From: an uncultured delta proteobacterium | GTDB lineage: Bacteria > Desulfobacterota > RBG-13-43-22 | Reading direction: 5' to 3' | Assembly: GCA_963802945.1 (NCBI GenBank) | Contig: CAWDKY010000017.1 | Location: forward strand, 1-64,000 | Length of the DNA: 64,000 nt | In this document: piece after piece, positions 20,267 through 32,312 of the stretch | Numbering within the stretch: the first letter of the stretch is position 1 | Layout of the letters: every line of letters starts with the position of its first letter | Notes under the pieces: generated by a model | What the model saw: the letters and a program-made list of their open reading frames with translations, nothing else | Told to the model about the DNA's origin: nothing | Database searches by the model: none | Position numbers and translations under genes: made by a program

Positions 20267-23200
20267 TTACCTTCCTTTTTCTTTCCCGGCCTGGACCTGC
20301 TGCACCTGATACATAAAGGCCTCCAGACGGGTACGGGTATTGGTTTGTTCCTGGCCGTCATAAGAGAGGTTCAGGAAGGGGATATTCTGGTGATCCTCCC
20401 GAAACCGTTTCAGTAGGGCATTGACGATGGTTCCCGGCATACAGGTGAAAGGCATGATGTTGATCAATCCGCAGGCCCCTTTGGACTAGTAGTCCTTGGC
20501 CTTGCCCAGACTCAGGATGGCCTCGCCCTCAAAGGAGGGATGCAGATAAGGATGGGCGTTCTTCAAGGTGGACTTGATGGGAGGCTCACCAAAGTTGCGA
20601 AAAGACCCTTTAAAGGTATGTTCCAGTTCGTGCTCCAATTTGGTTTGAACCCGGTGGGTTAAAAGGAGTTCAAGGAGACTGGAATATTTTCGAAGCCAAA
20701 TAGCCCTCCAGATGGAGGTTTAATTGGTATAGAGGATCCATTCGGCAATCGGAGGCAGCCAGGCCTCTCCTCCCAGGGCCTCGACCTCCAGGACCACATT
20801 TTCATTGGCAAATTTGTTGGCCCGGGTGTAGATCTCTCCGACCATGCCGATGACCGGTTTGGAGCCGGGGTTTTCCACGGGAATGGCATCAAAGGCGGTT
20901 CTGGCCTCCTTGAGGACTTCCACCAGATCCCCTCGGGAGGCAATGGTCTCCGAAACTTTATGTTAAATACGTCTGGTAAACCTGATTGGTTTCCCCCGGG
21001 TTTTTTTCATAGGGCCGGGTCTCCCGAAGTTTCTTTTCCAGACAATCAATGGCCACGATCCCCTGCCAGCCCAGACGGGTAAAGTCACTGCCCCCGACCA
21101 TACCCAATTCCTGGTATAAGGTTTCGCTCTGGTCCGGGGCATAAACCGGCACCTGAGGAAAACCCAATTCATCCAGGACCAGGCGATGAAAACGATGGTA
21201 TTGCCCGAATCGGCAGGGACCGGTTCCGGAAGGCATAAAAAAGGCCGAACGGTCAGGATCAAAGTTTTTTCGGTTGATCAGCTTGACCATGTCTCCGGTG
21301 GTCAGGATGCAGGGATAACATTCTTTGCCGGAGGTCAATTTCCGGCCCCAGATCAGGGTTTCCTGATCCGAATCGGGCAGGACCTCGGCCTCCACACCGC
21401 AGGCCTTAAAGGCCGCGGCCACGGCCAGGGTATGATCGGTCATGGGCGGGATATAGATTTTTCGATGGTTCCCGGATAGAATACGGAAGTCGGTTCTTTT
21501 TTTCAGGACCGGAAGGCCTGCGGTTTTACTGTTTTTTAAACTGTCCAAAAAGGCTTCCAATCGGGTCACGACGCCGGCGTCGGCGCTGTGTTCGTCGATT
21601 TCGATTTCCAGATAGGGTTTGCCTTTTAAAACATCCCGGAAAAAATGGAGGATGAAAGAATCCGGACCGCAACTGAAGTTGGTGATGTAAATTCCATACA
21701 GTTTTGGATTTTTGATCAGTATCTCCGCAGCCCCCATGATCTTCTGCCCGAAGCGCCAGTAGTGGTATTTTGGATCTTCGGTCTCGCTTTTCTGATCCAG
21801 AGGGAAGAAGTCCATGGGGATGGCCAGCACCCCGAGCTCCCTCAGCTTTTTAGGGATATTCAGATTGATGCCGGGATCAACACCGTTGTAAGGACGGCTG
21901 ACGATCATCATGGCAATCTCCTCCGGTCCCAGAGAGGCCATGACTTCCCGGCCGCGGTCATGCATTTTTTTGTAAAAATCGTCCTGGGTGGCCAGGGCCT
22001 TTTTCATGGCCCCGGAAACTCAGAAAAGAATTGATGCCGAGGGAACGGGCCAGGGTCATCAATCCCTTCTTTAACATCCTTTCTCCTCTTCCGAAATAGA
22101 GAACCGGCTGAAAAACCTGGACCCCTTTGTCCTGGAAGTTGATGGTGGAATGCACCGTATAAGCCAGGGTTTGGGCCAAGGGGCAGACCAGCCCCTGAGG
22201 GTAGTCCGGATTGTTGGATTTCAAATCGATGATGCTGGGCAGGAAGATCCGGTCCACTCCCTGCTGGATCAGATCCAGGATATGGCCGTTGGCCACTTTG
22301 ACCGGCAGACAGGTCTCGGCAGCCATGCATTCAACGCCCTGATGGATGATCGACTTGTTGGTGACACCGGAGATGACCACTTCAAACCCCAGACTGGTAA
22401 AAAAGGTGCGGAAAAAAGGCAGAAGCTCCCTGAAAAACATGGCCCTGGGTATGCCGATCTTTCCTCTTTTCCCACCGGGATTCAAGTCTTCAGGTTGTCC
22501 GGTCATCCAGGCTTCCCGTTCGGCAAAGAGGTCGGGCATGGCATGCTCAACGGCTTTTTTAGTGTCCACATCATACTTGTCGCAGCGACTGCCGTAGAAA
22601 AGCGGCTTTTCCCCTTCGATGCTGACTTTTTTGATTTCACATTGATTGGGGCAGCCTTGGCATTCAAAGGAGGAAATTTCATACTGAATCCGGGCCAGGT
22701 CAAACCCTTTGAACCGGCTGGTTTCCCAGGTCCGCTCCCGCATGGCCAAAATGGCCACACCGATGGCCCCGGTCACATCATTATGTTCCGGAACGGTGAT
22801 GGGCTTGCCGGTTATCTTTTCAAAGGCGGCCACGATCCCTTTATTGAAGGCCGTGGCCCCTTGATAAAAAATCCGTTTACCGATCCGGCGGTCTTCCACA
22901 ACCTTGTTCAGATAATTTTCGACGATGGAGTAACTCAGCCCGGCCACCAGGTCTTTTTTATCCAGACCTTTCTGCTGGTGGTGGACCAGATCGGATTCCA
23001 TAAAGACCGTGCAGCGTTCTCCCAACCGGACCGGGCTTTCCGATTCCAGGGCCAGGGCCCCGAATTCCCCTTTGATGGAGATGCCCAGTTTTTCGGCCTG
23101 TTCCTCCAGAAAAGAACCGGTGCCGGCGGCGCAGACCTTGTTCATCATAAAATCCACAATGGCCCCGTTTTCCAGACTGATGTACTTGGAATCCTGGCCG

Positions 23201-24471
23201 CCGATTTCAAAGATGGTGTCAACCTCAGGATCAATGGCCGCCGCCGCTGTGGCCTGGGCCGTAATCTCATTGCGGACGATATCGGCCCCGATAAAATCCC
23301 CGGTCAAATAGCGACCGGAACCGGTGGTGGCCGCTCCTTTGATAATGACACGGTCTCCCACTTCTTTCCCGGCTGCTGCCAGGCCTTGCCGGATGGCTTC
23401 CAGAGGCCGGCCGGCGGTCATCAGGTATTGTTCGGATAAGACCCTCATTTCTTTGTCGATCACCACCACATTGGTGCTGATCGAGCCTACATCCACTCCC
23501 AGATAGGCTTCGACTTTTTCTCCCGGGACCGGATCCGGGGCGGAACCGGTGAAAAAAGGTTGAATGTAGTCGTCCCTTAAGAATAAGGGATCCAGCCGCT
23601 TGGCCTCTATGGATTCGTTTCTTAAATAGTCTTTTAAGGGTTCCAGCCCCTGAAATTCAAAGACAAAGGCAGGGTCTTCCTGAACAATCAATGAGGCCCC
23701 GATGGCCCCCATGGAAAAAAAGTGTTCGGGAATAATCAACTCTCCTTCCTTCAGTCCCAGCACCTCGGAAAAGGCCCGCCGCACACCATGGTTGGCGGCC
23801 ACTCCACCCTGAAAGGAAACCGGGGGGATGATAGTTTTCCCTTTGGCGATATTACTTTTCAGGTTTCGGGCCACGGCAAAACATAAGCCGGCCACGATGT
23901 CATAATCCGGACTGGCCTCTTGCTGTAAGTGAATCATGTCGGTTTTGGCAAAAACCGTACAACGCCCGGCGATCCGGGGCGGGGTTTCGGACTTCAAGGC
24001 CAATTGACTGAGTTCTTCGATGGTCAGCCCCAGCCGGTGGGCCTGCTGGTCCAGGAATGATCCGGTTCCGGCGGCGCAAAGGGTGTTCATAGCAAAATCC
24101 TGGATCACCAGACGGCCTCCCTCTTCGGGAGAAACCAGGATCAGTTTGGAATCTTCCCCCCCCATTTCTATGATGGTCCGGACCTTCGGATGGAACTTTT
24201 CAACAGCCCGGGCCTGGGCAATGATCTCGTTGACGAAAGGGACCTTCAGCAATTCGGCCACTTTTTTCCCGGCCGTGCCGGTCAAGGCTATGGAACGAAA
24301 CTGATCTAAGGGATATTCCGAAAAAATCTCTTTAAAAACAATCAAGGTGGTCTCCAAGGGCTGCCCTTTGGTGCGCCGATAATCGTCCTTAAGGATTTCC
24401 CCTTTAGCATTTAAAACTATTGTGTTGACACTGACTGAACCGATATCCATTCCGAGATGCAAAACGGTCAT
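20267..24471 (-). CDS. Large fused acyl-CoA dehydratase activase (2x BadF/BadG ATPase + DUF2229), ~1400 aa, several frameshifts
   Basis: Two D(I/V)GS.S...GG.DSK...CAAGTGSFL modules, ETCLPVK, NFSCGPDSF, GPCRFGQY, MPFTCMPG across consecutive ORFs. Confidence 0.9.
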
Positions 24472-24581
24472 TCATTTCCTCCGAAACAAAGCATTTATTT
24501 TTTCCGATCTTTCAGAAAATTGATGTCTCGCCCCTAAAGGCAATTTATTTATCTAAATCCTATTTTTCTTCTTTGACTGAT

Positions 24582-25505
24582 TTATAGACCTCGATAAAAC
24601 CCCTGTCGATTGAATAATTCATAATGGACTTTTTTCGCCTGAATCAATCCGTCTAAGATCCGAACCGTCTCTTTCAGGGGAAGGCCGAGAAATTGGGCGA
24701 TATCATCGGCTGTGCAGGGTCGTCGAACCACGAGGTCATGAATTTTAGATTCCAACAATCTGCTTTTGGGTTGGACCTTGTCCGCTGAAGGTCCGGAAAT
24801 AATTTCAGCCCGGGGTCCCAGGGCCTTTTGAATTTCCTTTAATCGAGTTTCCTTTAACGGGACGGCATAATTTTCAACCGGGGGCCGTACCACGGTATTC
24901 AGCTGAACTTTTTCAGGGTGAATTTTTTTAATATATTTACTAAATCGTTCAATCTGTTCTTTTGTATCATTAATCCCTCTAAGGAGCAGCACCTCCAGCC
25001 AGATCCGGGGGCCTTTCAATTTTCCTAGGTTAATCAATCCGCCAATCAACTGGTCAAAGGTCAACGAGGGATGGGGACGATTGACGGTTTGAAAAACCAC
25101 CGGATCCGTGGCATCCAGAGAAGGGACAACCACATCAGCAGCCAGGACCTTTTTAAGGACATCATCGTTAAAAAGCAGAGAGCCGTTGGTCAGCAGGGCC
25201 AGGGGCACTGAAACCATCTTTTTAATCTCTTTTAAGATCAATCCCAATTGGGGATGCAAGGTTGGCTCTCCGGAACCTGAAACGGTGACGTAATCCAACT
25301 TCAGGGGCGAAACCGATAAAACTTGTTCCAATTCCTTCAGGACGGAATCCGGTTGTATCTCATCGACAGGTTCTATGGTTTGGCGACCGGTTTTCCCCAG
25401 CTCGCAATAAATGCAGTCAAACGTACAGGTTTTATAGGGGATGATATCCACCCCGAGGGAAAACCCCAACCGGCGGGAGGGTACCGGTCCGAATATATAT
25501 TTCAT
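24582..25505 (-). CDS. Radical SAM protein
   Basis: GPVPSRRLGFSLG, CTFDCIYC, SGEPTL. Confidence 0.92.
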   Translation of the reverse strand: MKYIFGPVPSRRLGFSLGVDIIPYKTCTFDCIYCELGKTGRQTIEPVDEIQPDSVLKELEQVLSVSPLKLDYVTVSGSGEPTLHPQLGLILKEIKKMVSVPLALLTNGSLLFNDDVLKKVLAADVVVPSLDATDPVVFQTVNRPHPSLTFDQLIGGLINLGKLKGPRIWLEVLLLRGINDTKEQIERFSKYIKKIHPEKVQLNTVVRPPVENYAVPLKETRLKEIQKALGPRAEIISGPSADKVQPKSRLLESKIHDLVVRRPCTADDIAQFLGLPLKETVRILDGLIQAKKVHYELFNRQGFYRGL

Positions 25506-25806
25506 CGAACTCTGCCTTTAAGCTCCTTGATCCTTTGAAATATTTTATAAAATAGCTGTCAAAATGTAACCTTTTGTCCGAGCCTTGTCAATTTTAAATT
25601 TAGAACACCAAAGCTTTTGATTTTCTTGACATCCTTAGGGGTTATGACTACGATAATGACATCTTGCAGAAAATTGTTTATCGAAAATTTAGCTTTTTTA
25701 AGGGCTTCAACCTCCAACCGAAAAGCTGGTCTATAAAGTAGTCCCCCAAGACCCCATTTTTTGAAAAAGGAGATGGAGTTTTTAAATTAAATATTTCTAA
25801 TTGAGA

Positions 25807-26400
25807 TTATAGAGAAGAAGATCTAATTTTGGTATTCTTCGCGACGTCAACCATAACAACAACTGCCTCAGCTAAAAAATAAAAAAACACAAGAACAAAG
25901 AAAGCAACGAAAAATTCGCTTGCAATAAATAATATTCCTCCCAAAAATCCCTCACCACCAAAATTTGGAACAATAGGAGCTACTCTTTTAATAAGAAAAA
26001 AAGCATCACCTCTTATGAACCAGATAAGAATGCCCCCCGCGACGGAAATAACAGCCGCGAAACAAGCATATATTTCTCCGATGAGCTTAAGTGCTATAGA
26101 TGCAATTGGGATAACAGTAAAATCAGCTTCTGGTAGTTCGGCAATATCTCTAGCTCTAATAAGCATGGTATGAACCACCATGTAAATAGCTATAACCAAA
26201 AGTAACCGGAAAATAATGATTCCTAATGTCCACTCAGTAGATGCTCCTGAGACAGACTCCCATTCAGGTATCCAAACCACAAGAGCCGCAATTACAACCA
26301 CCACTGCCATAATTCGCAAAATAACTGCAACCGCTTTTCTAAAGAACTGTCCTTGAGATATAAGTTGAAGCACCGACTTCATAAAGAAATACTTTTCCAT
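25807..26400 (-). CDS. Hypothetical membrane protein (~4 TM), AT-rich
   Basis: AAGGAGG RBS and hydrophobic helices. Confidence 0.75.
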   Translation of the reverse strand: MEKYFFMKSVLQLISQGQFFRKAVAVILRIMAVVVVIAALVVWIPEWESVSGASTEWTLGIIIFRLLLVIAIYMVVHTMLIRARDIAELPEADFTVIPIASIALKLIGEIYACFAAVISVAGGILIWFIRGDAFFLIKRVAPIVPNFGGEGFLGGILFIASEFFVAFFVLVFFYFLAEAVVVMVDVAKNTKIRSSSL

Positions 26401-26573
26401 GGCAACCTCCTTTTTGTTTAAAATAAAAGGCCTAGACTAGTTGCGCAGCATAAAATTTGATACCTTTTTCTCGATATTTTGTTTTTGATCAGACCTTTTC
26501 ATCGGGTAGGCGCGATTTTTACTAATGTCAAGTCCGTTTTGTAAGTAATATTCCCCCCTGCGTCCAAAAAACC

Positions 26574-27305
26574 TTAGAAATGATCATTTCTTCTTTCCAA
26601 AATTCGCCTCGCAGACATTCTGACCGCTGCTGGCAGCATACGCCATTCATAAGGCAAAACCACATCCTGCAGATCTTTGGCCACTTTAAGGGGATCCTTT
26701 AATCCTTCATAATAATCTCTTATGATTGAATTTGGTATCAAAACCGCCTGTCGTAAAAGCATGACTCCGCCATCATACTCAGTGCTGGCTTCATGTACGG
26801 TTGGAAAGGTGTAAAATTTATCTGATATTTTTTTCTTGCCGTGATATATCAGGTCTTTGATTTCCTCCAGGACGTGCTGATGCACGGCCAGTCCGTACAT
26901 CTTATCCCCGCCATGTTTGGCCGGATCAGCCGGATGAATATTATACATATCAATCCCTTCAATCGGATAGATCATATGGATACAGCCGACAAGAAAGATT
27001 AAGTCCGTAAAGTTCTGTCTCAACATTCGGTTAAGTCCGGCATTGAAAAGGTCCATGCCGCCCATTTCTTTGTAATCTATCACCTCGCTGCGCAATTGAT
27101 GGTTCATAGCTTTTTCTTGGCAACCGACACCTTTTTTGGTGCTGATAAGCAAGGGCGGGTTGACTTCCGGAATACATCCTGCTTCCCAAGCCTCCATGAT
27201 GGAATTGGCATCCGTACCGGAACCGGAGGCGATCAATACCAAATTGATTTTGTCGGTGCCTATGGTGCTTTTCGGAATGTAAAACCCTTTGATTTCGTTT
27301 TCCAT
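26574..27305 (-). CDS. purN: Divergent phosphoribosylglycinamide formyltransferase-like protein
   Basis: LIASGSGT, NIHPA, GGDKMYGLAVH, TVHE...YDGG. Confidence 0.75.
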   Translation of the reverse strand: MENEIKGFYIPKSTIGTDKINLVLIASGSGTDANSIMEAWEAGCIPEVNPPLLISTKKGVGCQEKAMNHQLRSEVIDYKEMGGMDLFNAGLNRMLRQNFTDLIFLVGCIHMIYPIEGIDMYNIHPADPAKHGGDKMYGLAVHQHVLEEIKDLIYHGKKKISDKFYTFPTVHEASTEYDGGVMLLRQAVLIPNSIIRDYYEGLKDPLKVAKDLQDVVLPYEWRMLPAAVRMSARRILERRNDHF

Positions 27306-27566
27306 GCTTACCTCCTTTTTATCCCGGATATCGAAATTCTTTTCTCTAGTTAGGCCCAATTATCTTTACGGTTATACTTCTTTTTTACCATCTCTAAAAT
27401 ATGGGAAACGCGGGGACATCCCCTTGCCCAATTTTCTAAGGGCCGATCTTTTCAGACGAAAGAATTATACCACAATTGCCGGGTGATTGGGGCACTATTA
27501 AAAAAAGGTAAGACCTTGGTTAAAAACTTACTGAGGACTTGGTAACGGACACGGACAAAAAATGCT

Positions 27567-27655
27567 TATCTCAAAGGAATGGCCTTCTCCGGGCAGATCT
27601 CCTGGCAGCAAAAGCAGGCGACCCAGGTATTGGCGTCAACAACCGGGAGGCGCCC
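27567..27655 (-). pseudogene. C-terminal remnant of a 4Fe-4S protein
   Basis: Translates RLPVVDANTWVACFCCQEICPEKAIPLR*. Confidence 0.55.
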
Positions 27656-27659
27656 GTTT

Positions 27660-28155
27660 GGACGAGGTAATAGTCGCCATGGAGTCGAGCGGTTGCTAAC
27701 ATCTCAATCTCTTTCCCATCTTGAGATCTAATAATATCAGGACGGTCGTGGTCAATCCTCTGCTCATCGCCAATTACGGAAAGCTGTCTTTGAGAAAGAC
27801 CAAAACAGACAAGAAGGATGCCCTGGTGATCGCCCGTAATCTCTGGTCACACTGGGAGACGATTTCACAGTACTCTGTTTCACAGGATTATCAGGATATC
27901 AGGGACGTGACAAGGAAAGGGAATTTACGGGAAAGATAATTGTGGGAATAAAAAATGACATCAAGAGAATGCTCCAATCGACTTTTCCTGAGCTGGAGAA
28001 AGGGGTTAACGTTTTCAGTGACTCCATGCTTCACTTTCTGAAAACATTCCCTTCAGCACGCTTGATCGCCAGTATCGGTGAGAAAGAACTCAGACAGGCC
28101 TTCATCCTGCCTGACAAAAGAATGAGGCTCGTGCTCAAACCTGAAAAGATAAGGG
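27660..28155 (+). pseudogene. IS110-family transposase remnant
   Basis: VAMESSG with a stop, VVVNPLLI, RKTKTDKKDALVIA, FPELE; frameshifted and truncated. Confidence 0.8.
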
Positions 28156-28360
28156 AGAAATCGGTCTACTCGACTCAAAGAGGGTCTTTGCCACCAACAA
28201 ACGAAAGGGTTGTTAAGCGAAAGCCCTTAACCTAAAACTACAGCTCCTGTGTTTTATCCGACACTCTTCGCGAGCCAATGGGGACCCGGTTACCCGGATT
28301 GCTGTCCGAAAGTAAGCAGAAAACAGCTATTGCAGATCGTTTTACTTATTTTGAAAACTC

Positions 28361-28570
28361 CTAAAGAAGAATTATCTCTTTAATGACTTGGGTTCCAATT
28401 CTTCGGTAGCCATCCAATTCAACCTCGTGTTGTTGTTGATCATAATTGGTAATTGTCCCTTCGATAGATTCTTCTTTAGATATCGGAAGCTGTGAATCCG
28501 AAGTGTATCTACCAACAAGGATTCGAGCTTTTCGACCCACTCCCTCTTGTAAGGTTTTAGCTATATCCAT
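28361..28570 (-). CDS. Small hypothetical protein
   Basis: AAGGAGG RBS; overlaps the end of the purD-like gene. Confidence 0.6.
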   Translation of the reverse strand: MDIAKTLQEGVGRKARILVGRYTSDSQLPISKEESIEGTITNYDQQQHEVELDGYRRIGTQVIKEIILL

Positions 28571-30089
28571 TACAGCCTCCTTTCTTATTAAGAAATAGTT
28601 GTTCCGATAAGAGATAGTGTGATCCGATATCCTTCCTTACGGCTAAACGATTGCTTTTCGGGTTTTCCCGGGGGATCACTCTTATTTTACCTTCTCTAAA
28701 TGCGGCGTATAATTTTTGCCGTAACCGTTCAGCTACTTCTACCGTTTTTTCCTCAGATTTAACCGTGACATTAGCATTTAAGAAAGCAACGCGGCTTCCG
28801 TCAGACTTAAAGACGACATCATCTTCAGAGTAGGTCATGGCCGAAGGAATAATTTGGATGTTTTTTTTCTTGAAATAGGAAAAATCTATCTCTACTCGCT
28901 CTCCTTTGGTGCAGGACCAAGGATAGCCTTTTTGACCATCAGGACCGCCAGGCCCAATAGTCAGGGCTATGCAGATTGATATCTGGTCAGCCCTCACTTC
29001 AGGTGTGACTTCATTTAAATTTCCTTCAAACATGGCTTTAAGCATGGGGCCTAAATTTCTCATTCGTCGCCCAACTGGTTGGAATTCAGGTTCTCCAGGC
29101 CGGATATTTATTTCGCAAACCCTGATTCTTTTTGGTTTCATATCCCCCACAAAAGAGATTATGCATCCTGGGTACAAAACACAGGGCCGCAAAATATTCT
29201 CTTTTTTCATGGCGTTGACTAACGGTTGGGCAATATCCGCTGCAACCATTTTGATTAAATCATCTGTTTCCATTGGATGGGGCGAAATGCTACCCATGCC
29301 GCCAGTAATAGGATTGTCTTTGCTGGCTGGTCCTTCGAAACGCTCTGGATAATCCATAGCCGTTGGTAAAATTTGGAAGTTACCATTTTTATCCACAAAA
29401 ATTGTAAAACTAATCTCTATCCCTGACAGGCGCGATTCAATTAAGAGTGGCCAAATGGATTTATTTCCAAACAGACGCCTGTAATCATCTTCATAGTCAT
29501 TTACCAGGGTATCAAATACATCTCTTATCTCCCAGGCATCAAGAATAATGCGGCTCCCTTTGCCTGCTGCGCTATATGGGTACTTAATTACTACTCCCCC
29601 ATATCGATCTAATATTTTCAAACATAAGTCTCGAACCATTCTGTAGTCTCTGGCATCTGCTTCATGCCATTCATCAGCTACTGGAATGGAATATTTCTCG
29701 CAAAGTCGCTTACAAGCAATTTTGTCCCCCTCAATAAAAGAGCCTGCCTGAGTGAGGCCGGCAATGCGATCTCCAAAGCCAGCCTTTTGTACTTCATCTA
29801 CTAAGCCTTTGAACAATAAATCCTCGGGCATTATCAAACTACAGTCAATCGTCCTGCTCTTTAAGGCTCCGAGAATAGCCGCAGTGTATGCTTCAACAGA
29901 ATTGTTGGCTGTCTGGAGAAAATCTATCGGCCAGCCCATAATCTTTGCAAATTGAGGCATAGCCGGAGTGCCACGTATTACAACTCCTTCAAAATTGGCT
30001 TCGTATTTTTCACTCTTCGCAGTAGAAGTGACCAAAGCACCCAAAAGCGTTCTTCCATCAGTTCCAGCGAATCCGATTTTGTAGGCCAC
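28557..30089 (-). CDS. purD: Divergent phosphoribosylamine-glycine ligase (ATP-grasp)
   Basis: IEGDK, AAGKG, SGIEIS, ITGGMGSISP, EINIRPGEPE, GYP motifs; atypical N-terminus. Confidence 0.8.
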   Translation of the reverse strand: MAYKIGFAGTDGRTLLGALVTSTAKSEKYEANFEGVVIRGTPAMPQFAKIMGWPIDFLQTANNSVEAYTAAILGALKSRTIDCSLIMPEDLLFKGLVDEVQKAGFGDRIAGLTQAGSFIEGDKIACKRLCEKYSIPVADEWHEADARDYRMVRDLCLKILDRYGGVVIKYPYSAAGKGSRIILDAWEIRDVFDTLVNDYEDDYRRLFGNKSIWPLLIESRLSGIEISFTIFVDKNGNFQILPTAMDYPERFEGPASKDNPITGGMGSISPHPMETDDLIKMVAADIAQPLVNAMKKENILRPCVLYPGCIISFVGDMKPKRIRVCEINIRPGEPEFQPVGRRMRNLGPMLKAMFEGNLNEVTPEVRADQISICIALTIGPGGPDGQKGYPWSCTKGERVEIDFSYFKKKNIQIIPSAMTYSEDDVVFKSDGSRVAFLNANVTVKSEEKTVEVAERLRQKLYAAFREGKIRVIPRENPKSNRLAVRKDIGSHYLLSEQLFLNKKGGCNGYS

Positions 30090-30245
30090 TAAAATCCTCT
30101 CTCTTAACCTTTAACATCTATGTTTTTATTTTGCTTAATTACGAATCCGTTATTTGTATCGCACTTCCTCTTTGGTCGGGAAAAAATCGTTTTGCCTCAA
30201 TTCATACAACTTCGACTGTCAAATCTGCTCCCATTAATCTTTTTG

Positions 30246-30359
30246 TCAAGGCATCTTTTGTATTCCTTCGACCACCTTTTTGATTTCATCGAAAACACTC
30301 CGCCAAGCTGAGTCTTTATCTGACCATAGCCTAACAGCTAGTCCATTTTTCGGCAACAT
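30246..30359 (-). pseudogene. Possible C-terminal remnant of a TIR-domain protein
   Basis: MLPKNGLAVRLWSDKDSAWRSVFDEIKKVV resembles the LPxxGxxVxxWxDxDxAW tail of bacterial TIR_2 domains. Confidence 0.45.
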
Positions 30360-30623
30360 TCTCTGGCCGTTGCCAATATCTTCTTGCTCATTGAGCCATA
30401 TTTTTTTAAGAGAGGTTATATCCTTTTTGTGTGGAAAAGGGGGTTCCCAAGAAAACGCGTTGGAAATAGGAAAAAACTAACAGAATTTTGGTTTCTTGTC
30501 AACTGCCAAGAAAGTTTGGGGGAGTTAGCGGGATTTCCCTCATCCAAAAACAAAGAAAAGAAAACCCGACTGTCTGGGTAAGAGTTTAACCTATTATGAG
30601 ACAAAAAAACATCATTCCGAAAG

Positions 30624-31550
30624 TCAATCAACCGAAGGTCTGGGCAACAGGCCGGCCGTCTCAACCATCTCAGGGACCCGTTGTTCCCATTCAATGGCCA
30701 TGATGTGGACACCTGAGATGCCCTTCATTTCTTTCAGACGTTGGATGGTCTCCACGCAAATAGCGATCCCTTCCTTGGCCTGATCTTGCTTGGGCACGCC
30801 TTTGAGCCTATTGATGACCTCATCGGGCACATCCATGCCGGGCACCTGCTTCTTCATGTAATTGGCCATGCCGACCGACTTCATGGGGGTGACGCCACCC
30901 AGGATATAAACCTTTTCATCCAAGCCCATATCCCGCACCTGCTGCATGAATTTTTCAAAGCGATCCAGGTTGTAGATACATTGGGTCTGGATGAAATCGA
31001 CTCCGGCGGCAACTTTTTTCCCCAGACGAACGGCCCTGAAATCAGCCGGGTCGGCGAAGGGATTGGCCGCCGCCCCGATGAACATCTTTGGGGGAGAATC
31101 GATGTCCTGGCCGTTGAGGAACTTGCCTTCGTCCCTCATCCTCCGAACCGTTTGAATAAACTGCATGGAATCCAGATCAAAGACGTTTTTGGCTGAGGGA
31201 TGATCACCAAATTTTTGATGGTCCCCGGAAAGACATAGCATATTACGAATGCCCAGGGCATAGGCGCCCAGGATATCGCTCTGAAGGGCGATCCGGTTCC
31301 GGTCCCGAACCACCATCTGTAAATTTGGTTCCAGTCCCTCTTGCAACAAAAGAAGGCATCCGGCCAAGCTGGACATGCGGACTACCGCCGTCTGATTGTC
31401 GGTTACATTGACCGCATCGACCATGCCTTTCAGATGAGCCGCTTTTTTTCGGATCGCATCAGGGTTGGCGCCCCTGGGAGGACCGCATTCACCAGTTACG
31501 GCAAATTGACCGCTGGAAAGGATTTTTTCTAATCTGCTTCCTGATTTCAT
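30624..31550 (-). CDS. metF: Methylenetetrahydrofolate reductase
   Basis: NVTDNQ, RDRNRIALQS, LSGDH, GVDFIQTQ. Confidence 0.92.
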   Translation of the reverse strand: MKSGSRLEKILSSGQFAVTGECGPPRGANPDAIRKKAAHLKGMVDAVNVTDNQTAVVRMSSLAGCLLLLQEGLEPNLQMVVRDRNRIALQSDILGAYALGIRNMLCLSGDHQKFGDHPSAKNVFDLDSMQFIQTVRRMRDEGKFLNGQDIDSPPKMFIGAAANPFADPADFRAVRLGKKVAAGVDFIQTQCIYNLDRFEKFMQQVRDMGLDEKVYILGGVTPMKSVGMANYMKKQVPGMDVPDEVINRLKGVPKQDQAKEGIAICVETIQRLKEMKGISGVHIMAIEWEQRVPEMVETAGLLPRPSVD

Positions 31551-32215
31551 AATTTCAAATCCTCCCTGATGGTTTTCCTGGGACCGCCGTCCCGACTGGT
31601 GGACCAATCCTTACAGGGGATGACTTGGGTTAATTGATCCAGTTGTCCCAAACCCTTCAAGCGATCATAGATCAATTGCCAGATGCAATCCACGTCATTG
31701 CCGATCTCGCATTTCCCATAGGCCGATCCTCCGCAAGGGCCGTTTAACAGGCTCTTGGAACATCTGGCAACGGGGCAGAGCCCTCCGAAATGATGGATTA
31801 TACAGGACCCGCAGGCCTGACAGAATTCAGCAAAGACGCCATGTTCGAGAGAACCACCAATGAAAGTGGTATTCAGACCCGGGAAGACGATTTTATCCTT
31901 AAACCGATTGGCTATATATTGAGGCCCGACGCTGCAGGCAATGGAAAGGACGGCCTCTTGATCTTTGATCACCTCCGTCAACTGGTCCATATATTCAGGA
32001 TCGCATTGCCGCTCCAGGGTGATCTCGGTGATTTCTACTGCCTCCTCTTCTTTTTTACGAGCAATACGGATTTCCGATCCCAGGATTTCAACCTCTTTTG
32101 TCCCCCCGGCATTGCACACGGTCACACACCCTTTACATCCGGCGACCAGAATCTTCTTATATGGCTGGATCATGGCCAGAATTTCGTTGATAGGTTTTCT
32201 TTCCGCCACAACCAT
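31547..32215 (-). CDS. metV: MetV (MTHFR-associated Fe-S subunit)
   Basis: CQACGSC, CPVARCSKSLLNGPCGG, CIW. Confidence 0.9.
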   Translation of the reverse strand: MVVAERKPINEILAMIQPYKKILVAGCKGCVTVCNAGGTKEVEILGSEIRIARKKEEEAVEITEITLERQCDPEYMDQLTEVIKDQEAVLSIACSVGPQYIANRFKDKIVFPGLNTTFIGGSLEHGVFAEFCQACGSCIIHHFGGLCPVARCSKSLLNGPCGGSAYGKCEIGNDVDCIWQLIYDRLKGLGQLDQLTQVIPCKDWSTSRDGGPRKTIREDLKL

Positions 32216-32312
32216 AGGTTTCCTCCCTTTACTGGATGCTAGCTACTGGATACTAGATAAGAACCATCCCAAAATTTATTATATCCAGCATCCAGTATCT
32301 AGTATCTGTTTA

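Noticed and set aside
26400-26460. attI-like sequence (TTATGCTGCGCAACTAGTCTAGGC) before the membrane-protein gene
   Set aside because: The core deviates from GTTRRRY and no attC follows the gene, so it is too weak to call.
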